DNA of 64,000 nt from Cyanophora paradoxa CCMP329. Taxonomy: Eukaryota; Plantae; Glaucophyta. The notes under the pieces were generated by a model. That model saw only the letters and a list, made by a program, of their open reading frames with translations. It did not search any database and was not told the origin of the DNA. Position 1 is the stretch's first letter; each line of letters begins with the position of its first letter. Below, piece by piece: positions 47,501 to 59,057 of this stretch. The translations under genes were made by a program, and so were the position numbers. The stretch lies in the NCBI GenBank assembly GCA_004431415.1, contig QPMI01000439.1, positions 62,001 to 126,000 on the forward strand, given 5' to 3'.

Positions 47501-50164
47501 CGCCGGGGCCGGCGCCGGCGGGCGCCGGGGAGCCACCCGCTCCGGACTCCCTGCTCAGCCCCTTCTCCGAGGAGGATGAGGAGGGGGCGGGGCGCGGGGA
47601 GCAGGGGAGGGCGGCGCCGCAGCCGCGGGGCGCGGGCGGCGGCCGCTCGCAGCCCATCCGCACCGGAGACGCCGAGATTCTGTCCTTCGAGAACGGCGCG
47701 AACGCGTCAGATGACGACGAGGAGGGGGGTACGCAGGAGCTCGAGCCGGAGGGGCGCCCGGCCCCCGCCCCCTCCGCCGTCGAGATGTGCGCGCCCGTAC
47801 CCCGCAGCGTTTCTGCTCGTGTACCCCCCAAGCCTGCGGCTGACTTCGACGCCTTCGCGCAGGGCGCAGGCGAGCCTGGCGGAGATGCTGCCTGCCTTTC
47901 GGGCTCAGAATGGCTCCGGCGCGCGCCTCACGGCGGCGTTCGGTCCGGGCGCGGCGCACACGCCGCGCGGGCCGCCGCCGCCGCCGCCGGCCGCGGGCCC
48001 TTTCGGCGAAGCGGCCGACCACGTCCAGCATGGCGGGTGGGACTTCGGCGTCGGCTCCGAGCGGCCCCGCCCGCCGCCCCCGCCGCCCCTGGAGACGCCC
48101 GCCTTCGAATTTGAAGCGTCCCACGCTCAGCCGGCCCTGCGGCAGGGCGCCCCGGTCCCAGCGCCCTGGGCGCGGCAGCGGTCCCCTCCGGCAGCCCCGC
48201 GGCCGCAGGCTCAGCAGCAGCATCCCTTCGGCCTCTCCCCTCGGCGCTCTCAGCGCGACTTCGTCCCATCTCCGTCGCGCTCGGGATCGCGGCAGGGCTT
48301 CGCTCCGGGTGCCGGGGCTTACGGTGCCGGCGCCGGCCCCGCGCCCCGCCCCGGCTCGGTCTTCATCGTCGGGGCCTCGGGTACCGTCGAGCTCTGCGGC
48401 TCGGAGGTCCCCTCGCCGCACGGGTACCCCTCCTACCACGCTTCGCCGTACCCCGCCGCGGCCGCCGCCTCCTCCTCTCTGGCCGCGTACCCCGCGCGGA
48501 CCCCGTCGCGCCGCACCCCGCTCCAGACGGGAGCGAGTCCCGCTGAGCTCGCGGCGGCGGCTGAGGCGGAGGCGCGCGGTCACCGGCCGATGCCGCTGCC
48601 TTCCGGCCCCCGCACTCCCTTCCGCCCCGGGCCCGCGGCCCCCTCGCCTCTCTCCCCGCTCTACGAGGGTCCCAGCCCGCGCGGCGGACGCCGCCCAGCC
48701 CCGGCCGGGCCCGACCCCCTCGCTGCTGCGCTGGGCGGCGGAGCGCCGCGCCGCAGCTCACTCCCCGGGGCTTCCGCCGGCCCGTCCGCCTCTGAGCAGG
48801 TACCCCCCCTCTCTCTGCATCCGCCTCCGCCGCGCCTCGCCTCACGCCGCGCGCGCGCGAAGGCCCGCAGCCTCTTCCCGGCGCGCCGGCCGTCTTTGGA
48901 CCCCACTCCACCGGCTCGGGCGCCCGGGCCCGGGCCCGGCCCCGCGACGCCGGCAGGGGCCAAGGCTGCGAGGGCGGCGCCGTGGCGATCCCACTCGTTT
49001 CTGTCGCACTACCCGCCCGCCGCGCCCTCCGCCGCCGCCGCCGCGCGCCCCGCGCCCAGTCCGGAGGCTTCTCGGGCCCTCCTGCGGGCCGCCCTCGGCG
49101 GGCACGGGCACACAGCGGGCCCCGCTCCGCCCCCGGCCGCCCCGCTCCCGCCCGGCTCGCCAGGTACAGGCATCGCCGACGATCTCTGGGGTACGCCTCC
49201 GGGTGCGTCGACGTCTACCCCCCTCCCCCCGTCCCTTCTTCCCCCCTGTTCTGTCCTGACGCCGCCCGGCCTTAGAAGGCGTAGCGCCCCGCGTCCGCCC
49301 CTCCATCGGCTTCCCCGCCCCTGCCCCGAAAATGGAAGTCGAGGAGGAGACGCCGCCGCCGGCCGCCCCGGCCGCCCCGGTACCCCCGGAGAGGCCGGCC
49401 GGCGTGGCGCCTCCGTCTTCTTCGACCTCCGCTCTTCTCGGCGGCAGTTCGATAGAGCTCGAGGTGCATTCAGCTGTGCTGCTTCCGCGGCCTTCGGCAC
49501 CTTTCTCACGATCCGCCGGCCGTTCGCAGCTGCTGCGCGGCGCGGGCCTCGCCTCTGCCGCCCGCTCGCGGGAGCCGGCGCCCTCTGCGGCCCGCATCTT
49601 CGCCAAGCGGCCCGCCGAGGAGGCCCCGGGGGAGATGGGCGCAGCAGCCCCCGCCAAGGCGGCCCGCCCCGCGGCGGACGACGCCGCCTCCGCCCCGACA
49701 CAGCTCGAGGCCGAGCCCGAAGCCGTCACTCCGGAGGGCCCCTCGACTGGCGGCTTAATTCTGGGCGACTGGCCATGGCCGGCGGCCGCGGCGGCGCTGC
49801 ACGTGCCACAGGGGCCCCCTCTCGAGCGAACCCCGCCGTGCGCCTTCCTTCCTCCCCCTCGCGCCAGCCAGCAACGCCGGACCACTCACTCACGCGGGGC
49901 GGGGGTCTGCGCAGGGCGCCGGCGGCGCGGCGGGGCAACTCGGCACGCAAGATCGATTTCGGGGATGAGCCGGCCTTGCCGGCCACGGGCCCGGGCCCGG
50001 CCCCAGCGCCCCAGGCGCCTCCGCCGCCGAAGCTGCAGTCGGCGCCGCCTCCCGAGGCGCCGGCGAGGCTGGAGGGTGGGGAGGAGGCCTGGGGGGAGAA
50101 CTGGATGTGGGACGACGAGGAGGAGGGGGCCGACCCCGCAACCGCCGTCGACCTCCGCACGTAG
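41549..50164 (+). CDS. MER3: Meiotic Ski2-like DExH helicase MER3/HFM1 with a Sec63-like region and a very long Pro/Ala-rich C-terminal tail
   Basis: FPYRTFNRVQT, S|APTGAGKTVIFEMAI, YIAPMKALCEER..DW, TTPEK|WDSVTRKW, VDEIH, RGATLE, GISAT, YRPVRL, FLFERTLN, VFCST.KGA, GVAFHHA, STSTLALGVNFPARLVI, QMCGRAGRPQYD, LEEHLNAEV. Single helicase cassette. Confidence 0.9.
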
Positions 50165-50810
50165 CTTTCGGGCGCAATTGCAGCGCCTACTAGGCTAGAA
50201 CCCGTACCTAGAACCGAGCTTGAGGCATGAATTCGAACGGAACCGAGTTATTTTGAGACGGGGCCCGGTCGCCTGAGCCGCGAACGAAGTGACGCGGTCG
50301 CCGTCACCGCTGATTCTCTTCGGTAGCCCCCTATTGCGATCGGACCAGAGTTGGATCGGTCGCACCGCCCGGCCGGCGCAGCGAGAATCCGGGCAGATCT
50401 ACAGCCGCGCTAGATCCAGACGATCGACAGAACCGGTCCGACGGTCCAGCCTTTGCCTACTAGGCTAGCTGAACAACAGGACGGCCGCGCGGATCCGGAG
50501 CAGATCTCAGAGTCTGACCTATAGCTAGCCTAGTAGCCATAGCTCAACTCGGCGACTCGGCAAAGCACTTAAGGAACTATGGAAGCCGATCTCTAGCAAC
50601 TGGCGCCGGCGCGTACGCGTACGAAGCCGATCGCGCGAGCTCGAGCGTCGCCCAGCTGCAGTACTCGTACCAGTCGCCGAGCGCGAGCATTGCAAGCTTA
50701 AGCGAAGTACGGTCTGTGCGATCATGCTATCATGCTTCTCTGCTGGGTAGGCCTGAAACGACGCGTGCGCCCGCGCGCGCACGCCGCCCGCGCAGACGTC
50801 GGCGCCGGAT

Positions 50811-53800
50811 ATGGACGCGGCAGAACCCGCGGACATCGATCCAGCTGCGGTGTCAGCTGTCCACGGGTCTACAGCGAGCGCCGGCCCCGCGGCCGGCGCT
50901 GGCCATGGGAAGCGCAGGGAGCGCCCGGAGTCGGGCGGAGAATCCTCGGATCCAGAGGACAAGCGTACGCGGAACCTGCCCGAGCACGATCATGAGTCCC
51001 GTGCGTAACGCACTGCGGCTCTAGATCTTCAGCCGTCGTCCCTGATCGCGCCCCTCATCAGATTCCAGCGCTAGCGCAACCCCTCGACCTGATCATGATA
51101 ATGCGCCAGCTCGAACGTTGACAGGGGCCGCCCCCGCCGCGGAAGCGGCTACGAGAGCTCCTGCAGGATGCGGCCGAGCGATCCGCATCTTCGTCTCTTC
51201 GACATTCCGTGCGCGCTTTCTTAACCCGTCCCCCCTTCCGAAGTTCTTCCCTCTCTCTTCCCCCCCCCCCTCCGCCGGCCCCCCCCCCCCCCCCCTCCGG
51301 CCCTCCGGATCCGCAACACCCCGGCCCCCCTTCCTCCCTTCCGACTCCCTTCCGACCCCTTCCCCTTTCCCCTCCGCCCCCACCCCGCCCTCCCCCCTTC
51401 CCGTCGGTCCCCTCCCCCCCCCCCCCCCCTTCCTAGTCCTCTCCCTGTGCACCCACTTCCTTCTTTTCGGCGCCTCCGCTTCCCTTAAAGCTTTCTGCTT
51501 TTTACTCTCTCTTCCGCATCCCCCGGCGTTGACGCTCAGCCCCGCCTGCTGCGTCCGCCTTGACCCCTCTTCTTCTTGAGTGCTTCCTTTCGTCTCTGCG
51601 TCCCAGCCTCTTCCGGCCTCCGCCCCCCCCCCCCCCCCCCCCCCCCCGCTCCCACCCCCTCCCCCGCCGCTCCCCGCCCTCCTACGTCCCAGCTCCTCCC
51701 TCCGTTCGCCCGATTCTCAGCGGGGCCCCCTTTGCCCCCCGCGCCTCTTTGCGCCCCCGCGTCTATCTTCCCTCCCATGCCAGCCGCCCGGCATCCCGGT
51801 TTCCCCCGGTTTCCATCATACCACCTCCCCCCAACCTCCCCCTTCCCCCTCCACCTCCCCCTCCCCCATGGCCACCCCACCCGTTTCCCCGGGTCCCTTT
51901 TTTTTCGGGCTCTTGTCTGGCCCTTGGCTCACCCTTCGTGCTCCGCAGAGGACATGATGGCGGAGCGCGACGCGATCCGCTCGGCCGTGTACCCCCGCCT
52001 CCGCGCCCTCTGCGCCGAGCGCGGCCTCTTCCTCCACATCGTCGACCTCCGCTGGGGCATCAGCGACGACGAAGTCAAGCGGAGCGAGGTCTGACCCTCG
52101 CATTCATGTTATTATATATATTGCTGAAGCCATCTACGATTCGCAGGTCATCCGCCTCTGCCTCCGGGGGGTACAGCGGTGCCAGTACTTCGTCGGAATT
52201 CTGAAGAGTGCGTACACTCCCCTGCTGAAGGTGTTTGTATAATTTTAATTATATATAATCTGCTCGCACTCTGCGCAGGTCGCTATGGGTGGCACGCGAA
52301 ACCCTCCGCCGGCGCTCCAACAGATGACGAGAGCAGCATCGCTTTTCGCGAGTTCGTGTGGTTGTAGATGCCTGAATCCTGCGACTGTATGGAATTTATT
52401 CTTGCGGTGCAGAAATCTGCAGAAGGCTGCAAAGGAGTTTCCATGGGTGGACGAGTGGGCCGATCGATCCATTACAGAAATCGGTGCGTCTATCATTGTC
52501 CTGCAGCCGTTCCTCCAGCCGCTGATCACGAGGAAATCTGCACGTGCACACGTCCTAGAAATTCGAGCCGGCTGCCTTCGTAATCCAGAGGTGAATCATG
52601 ATCATAGGTTTTGAGTGATTAAAATCTGCTTGACTGAATATTATCTGTCCTAATTATAAACGCAGGCACATCGCGGGAAAGCTATCTTCTTTTGCGCCGA
52701 AGAAGCGATTCGCGACGGGGAGGAGAGCCCATACGCTGCGCGAAGGATGGAGGAGCTAAAGGGCGAGATCCGCCGCTCAGGCCTCCCCGTGCAGCCGTAC
52801 AGCGGCCCGCAGCAGCTGGCGACGGCCTTGCGCGATGAACTTGTGCAGGCGAGAATGATTTTCTGTCCATACTCCGCCCTTACTTTTACGCTGACCTGTA
52901 TACAATTCTGGACAGATGGTAGAGCGAGACTACCCAGCAGGACAAGAGCGAACGTGGCTGCAGAAAGAACGGGCGGCGCAAGATGCGTTTGCGGTCCTTC
53001 GGCGACGGGTGTACGTTGGCTATCCAAAGGATGCCGATGCGCTCAGCGATTACGTCACTGGCAAAAAGAAAACTTTTCTCGCAATCTACGGCGAGGGAGG
53101 CTCGGGCAAGAGCTGTGCGCATCTGAGGACTTAGCTATATATAGCTATAGCTATTGATAAATATATAGCATCTGATCCCAACCTGCACGCAGCGCTGCTC
53201 GCCACTTGGAGCCAGCAATGGGCTCAAGACCACCCGAACGACCTGGTAATTGCGCACTTCATTGGAGGCTCCCAGAGCAGCTCCACTCTCCCCTCCATTG
53301 CGCGGTTTGTTCACGCCCTCGAATATCATTTGTTCTTCTTGCTCAGAGAAAGCTGTGCAGGCGCATCGGAGAAGAAGTGAGGGAGCGCTGGCCTGATGTG
53401 GAGAAGCTGGATTGGAGCGGAAACGAGGCGGAAGTGGCCGAAAAGCTGCGGGCGTGGCTCGCATTGAAATCGCAGCGATGGCCGGGGCGAGTTGTCCTTG
53501 TGCTCGATGGCATCGATCAGCTGCGCGGCCCGGCAGTCGCCCAGCAACTCGAGTGGCTGCCAGAACGCTCGGCCCCACGGCTCCGCATCATTCTATCGTG
53601 CATCCCGGGTTTACGGATTTCGCCGGTCTCTGACTGGTGCCGTAAAATGGAGTGGGCAAGGGCGAGAGGGGAGGCTGGCCCATATAGATACGGGTCAAGC
53701 TCACCGATGGCTCCACGACTGAACACCCGCAAGGTATTCGGGCTGCAGTTAGCGATGCGGCGCGATGTAGTGCAGCGAGTACTTCAGGAGCAAGGCAGAA

Positions 53801-56800
53801 ATCTAAGCAAGGGGCGCGTCGACGAAATTGTCGAGTCGAGAGGCTGCGCCAATCCGTGCGTCACGGCGTCTTTTGCATGCATCGATAACATTGTCACAGT
53901 GTGCATGGTTATCAACTTTGTATTTCTCGCAGGCTCTTCCTCCGCACGTTGTTGGAGGAACTGTCTGTGGTGGCTGTGGATGAAACTCTCGACGCTGACA
54001 TCCAAAAGTACCTCAAGTGCAGCGGCCCGCGGGATCTCTTCCGCGCCATCCTTGGGCGCGTCTACAACCAGCACAAGGGTGCCGGCGGCGGCGCGAGCGT
54101 GGAGGGCTTCGCGGCGGAGGCGGCGCGCGCGATCCTGCTGTCGCGTCACGGGATGGCGGAGAGCGAGCTTGTCGAACTTCTGCGGGTGGGAAAGAACGAT
54201 GGGCCTGCAGAAGTTCGCGAAATGCGTTTGTTGTCTGGGAGCTCGAGCTTGCTGTGACAGTCGCCTGGCATGCGCAGGTTGCGTGGGAGCTTTTCTGGTA
54301 CGATTTCTTGCCACTACTGGTTGATCGAGGTGCTAACACTTTGTGCGACTTTCTTTGCTTACCTACGTGAACTTTTTTTGCCGCCAGATGGCTTGTTTGG
54401 ATTCTTCCACCGCTGTGCCGCCGAAGTGCCACATGTTCCATCGCTATTAAGATTTCATGTGCTTACGTCAGACTGCAGGCAGCCGAGCTTGAATCAGGGT
54501 TGTCCAGTGAAGCTGAGTCTGGCGGCCTCACCGCTCTTGAATCGAACCGAAGGCGAGTGCATGAGCTGCTTGGTGTATTCTTCGCCGCTCAGCCCGCGTC
54601 GAGACGAAGGGCGGAAGAGGGCCCGTGGGCGCTCGCCCAAGCCGGGCCCGCTGCCAGCGAGCGGCTGGCGGATCTGCTTTGCGACAAGGACGTGCTAAAG
54701 CATCTCAATGACTTCGAGATGACGGAGCTCTGGGTTCGGAGCGGCCTTTCGCACGAGGCGGCAGCCCGCTACGCCCAAATGCCAGCTGCAGTGGATCCAT
54801 CGTATTTGTGTCGTGTTGGGCAGGTTTTGCACCAAATGGGACGGTCCGCGGATGGGATACCGCTCCTCCAGGTGATCATGATCATGAGTGCCAAGAACTG
54901 TTGTGTTGTCACGAGAAGCCTTGCAATTGATTTCTGATCAACAGTGCTGTCCCTATGCGCAGCACGCCCTTTCAATTATCACGAGACATCGGCCATTTGT
55001 GCATCCGAATCACCCAAGCGCGGCATCAGTGCTTCACGATCTGGCGCGTTTTCATCAAGCGCAAGGAGAGTACAATAATGCCCAGTCCCTGTACGAGGTG
55101 CGCTGTCCAGGATATTGAGTGCGGCCTCTTAAAGTTTCCATATCAGTGTTAATTTAACGTGCAGCAAGCACTCGAAATGAAACGAACTTCGGCCGCGTTC
55201 GGCCCAAAGCACTCAAGCACAGCCGAAACGCTGCTCGGGCTTGCGTCGCTGCTCCAAGTTCGGAGCGACTACGGGAAGGCGCTTTCCCTTTCTGAGGTAT
55301 ACGTAAATACAATGTGCGTCTCTGAAGGACTCTGAAGGCAATCTTATAACGGCGCAGCAAGCTCTTTCAATCTTCGAGACAGTTGTCGGCGCGGAGGACC
55401 CAAAGACAGCAAAGGCGCTGCACGTGCTGGCTTCAATTCATGAGGCGCGAGGCGATTATGATGCAGCGCTTCCGATGTTTGAGGTGAGCGTCTTAAATTT
55501 TGTGTATATGTGGAGCTCTCGAACGAGTACTATTTAATTTATTGCGTACATTTGCAGCGGGCGTTCAAAATCAACGAGAAGGTTCTCGGTCCAGATCACC
55601 CTAACACGGCGGCGGCTTTGCACGAACTGGCTTCGCTGTTCGTGGAGAAAGGAATGTACATTGAGGCGCTGCCGCTCTATGAGGTGCGCTGCCGCTCCAC
55701 CGGTAGAAAGAGCGCTTTCGCCCCAGAGCGTGACGAGATATGGATAGAAATAAAATTAACTTGAAACTCGCGCGCTTTGAAATTGATGAACTGACGGGTT
55801 TGTTTTCAGCGGGCGCTTTCAATCAGTAGATTGACGTTGGGCGCAATGCATCCGGGAACCGCTGCAACAATGCAGGAACTTGCCCGTTTGAACCACGAGT
55901 TGAAGAACTACTATGCGGCTGTTCAGCTATACGAGGTTTGCGGAAGCTTTCGCTTTCGAATTCGAACTAGTACTGTCATATAATCGATGGCTAGAGCTTT
56001 CAAAACATTTGAATCTGCACGCAGAAAGCTCTGAGTGTCCGCATGAAGTTCGAGGGTCCAGAGCATCCAAATATTGCCGTACTGTACCATCAACAGGGGC
56101 TGCTGTATGAGACCTTTCAAAAATATGAGTTGGCGGAGGCTCTTTATCGGGTAAACCGTGACATCGACATGCTCTGAACACATGCTTTGCGAACGTGAAC
56201 CGCTCGTCGCAGAGAGCTCTTTCCATCAAAGAGAAGGCGCTTGGCTCTGAGCACCCAAGCACAGCAGCGACTCTCCATCAGTTGGCCTCGATTCACAGCA
56301 CGCGGAGAGAAACTCAGGAGGCGCTCGCTCTGTACAAGGTCTGACTTCTGACACCCGCAATGCATATTATCTGAAAGCGTGTTTTCCAGAAAGCTCTCGC
56401 GATCGAGGAGAAATCGCTCGGCCCAAAACATCCTAACACGGCTGCGACACTGCACGAGATCGCACGGCTGTATCAAGGACAGTGCGAATATCGAGCGGCG
56501 CTCCCCCTGTTTGAGGTAATTATGTTGAATCCAAATTTGAATGTGTTGTTCTCCGCTCACTCTATGAGGTGACATGGCACTATGCACAGCGGGCGCTTGC
56601 GATAAACGAAGAAGTCCTTGGATTCGATCATCCGAATACCGCAGCGACGCTGTTCCAGCTCGCTTCGCTACATGACAGGCGGGGCGACAGTCTCAGAGCC
56701 AAACCTCTGCGCGAGGTCCGCGTTCACTCTCATAGTCGAGTTTATAACTCGAGTTTACTTACTTTAGTCCGCGTCTCATTATTAAATTGCACCATGCGAT

Positions 56801-58977
56801 TGACTCAATGCGCAATTGACGTGCGTGTGGCAGCGAGCTCTTGCGATCGACGCGAGGCTCCAAGCGATGGTTCGACACGCTAATTTGCACGATATGAATC
56901 CGCCTCCGCTGCATGTTCCTGCTTCCAGCGTACCATTCTGCGTGTACGAGATTGCGAAAGATGACCGACCCAATCGCGAGGTGCTTTCACTGCTTCTTAG
57001 CGTCAATATCGAATCGAGGGCAATTATTCAAGATGCACATCACTCGTACGCGCAGTGGGTCCTCTGCATACGGGAGAAGCCGGTCGCGAAGCGATCTGCA
57101 GCCTGTTGTGCAGGTCCCGGCAGGCTTTCAATTGCAAGTGCTCAAGGAACTCACATTCGCCGCCCGGAAACGCGTATACGAGAGGTGGCTGCCGCACTGC
57201 AACAGCGCGATGACGACAGGCTCGATACGCTGCTGGCCAAGTTCAAAGTGCGCGCACGCGATGGCCCCCATTTGGTTTTTTGCTTAAGCTCACAATCGCC
57301 CCATACCCGTCGTCGACGTCGGCAGATGGGCGACAGGAAGAGAGGAGAAGAGCTGCACGAGCTCGCCGGGCAGCTTGGCAGGAGCGTTCCTCACAGCTGG
57401 GTAGTGCAAGTATACGAGGTGCGATACCTGGACAAATCGAAACCTGGATTCGTTACGATCCTCCTGTATAGGAGGCCCTGCAAAGCAAGACGGAAACCCT
57501 CGGAGGCGACCATCCGAGCACGGCGGCAACGCTTCACGAGCTTGGGCGAGTGCACCAGGAGGAGGGCAACTATCGGAAAGCGCTCGAGCTTTACGATGTA
57601 CGCGAGTCCCGCATCGATATCCTGACACGAGATTCCTAGCTGACTTGCGTGCAGAAAGCGCTAGGGATTAGAGAGAAAGCGGAGGGTCTGGAGCATTCCG
57701 AAACGGCGGGAACTTTGTTCTCTGCGGCATCGCTCCACCAAGCTTGGCGCGAGGTGCGTGTAGCTGTAGACTTTTAAAGTACATTATTGCGGAAATCACG
57801 TGTACAAGCAGGCGATCGCGGTTGCTGTTTGTCAAAGCCTGCGGGGGCAAGTGTCCTGCGTCTTGGCATTTAGCAATTGTCGATTCGAATTCGATGACGA
57901 TTCGGAAAGAGGATTCGATTTGGCAAGTGTCTTGAGTCGTCTCGACAACATCGATACGGGACTCCCCGTTTACGTCGACAATTTCAGGCTGGCACTGCGT
58001 GTGTTCGAGGTGCGCCAAACCTTAAGGCTCTGCTGTTCCGAAAGCTGGGTTGAATCGCTCTGCACATTAATGCAGCAAGCGCGCTCGATATTCGAGGAGA
58101 TCGTCGGGCCAGAGCACCCGAGCACGGCGTCCGCGCTCCACGAGCTCGGCCGCCTCCACATGGAGCAAGGCGACCTTTACGCCGCCCGTCTTTTCCTCGA
58201 GGTGCCGCACGGTCTATAGATTAATATTTCTGCGCACGCGGGCGCCGCGGCTGTGCCGTTTTCGAGTTCATGATAACGCGTACGCTGCAGCTGATTACAA
58301 TTCGCAGAGGGCGCTCGCGATTCGGAGGCGGGTGCTGGGAGATCAGGACGCGCTGGTGGCGCAGACGGCGGCGTCGCTCGCGGAGCTCCTAACGGCGGCC
58401 GGCGAGCGCGAGGCCGTCGACGCCCTCGTCCAGGCGCTTTATATGCTCGTCGATGTTTGATTTATCTATCTAATTTCGATGCCAGGAGGCGCTGCTGCCG
58501 GCGACGTGGAATCAGGAGCGCTCCGCCGCCGCCACCGCCGCCGGGACTGTTTCTGCACCCGACACGGCTACAAAGCTAGACGCGTTCGGGCGGGTGGAGG
58601 TCGCCTGTGGGCGGCCCTGCGAGGCCCGCGCGCGATTCGAGGTCCGCACATCGCTCCCGTCTCCTGTCATACATACGTAGCGCCGCTCGATCACAATGTT
58701 GGGGGATGACTCGTGTTAGATATCTTGAAGCTGAAGCTTAAGTAAGCTTAAGTAAGAACCTCTTAAGTACTGATCATTATGTCTCATTCATGCCTCAGTC
58801 ACCGAGCCTCAATTTACTAATTATAAGCTAGCCTCAATCACGTGTACGTGCCGGTCACCACGTCATGCGCATGCGCAGGTTGCGCTGGCGCTGCGGCGGG
58901 CGTGGCTCGGGGACGAGCACCCCCTGGCGAAGGAGACGGCTGCGGCCCTCGAGCTCGCCTCCCTACCCCCTGCTTGA
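50811..58977 (+). CDS. DUF4062-NACHT-TPR STAND protein (NPHP3/TTC41-like architecture) with about 16 TPRs, mostly one per exon
   Basis: IRIFVSSTF|QDMMAERD..VYPRLRALC..VDLRWGI; RYGW; RSITEI|EI; Walker A IYGEGGSGKS; AHFIG; Walker B VVLVLDGIDQL; LEWLP; NP|LFLRTLLEEL; SRHGMAESEL; 42-aa TPRs such as RAFKINEKVLGPDHPNTAAALHELASL. Stop TGA at 58977. Confidence 0.9.
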
Positions 58978-59057
58978 TTCGTTCTGGCAGTGGCATATGC
59001 ATGCGCAGCCCTTTGGCTTAAGATTCAATCTAATCTTTGGTCAGGCCTGTTAATTCA

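Noticed and set aside
46592-50164. The 1190-aa ORF as a standalone gene, and most other Pro/Arg/Gly-rich ORFs in the six-frame track
   Set aside because: Stop codons are rare in very GC-rich DNA. These ORFs run through introns or are antisense shadows of spliced genes.
50811-58977. Assigning the symbol NPHP3 or kinesin light chain
   Set aside because: It lacks the NPHP3 N-terminal myristoylation/coiled-coil region, and the 42-aa TPR type is shared by many families. Orthology needs a phylogeny.
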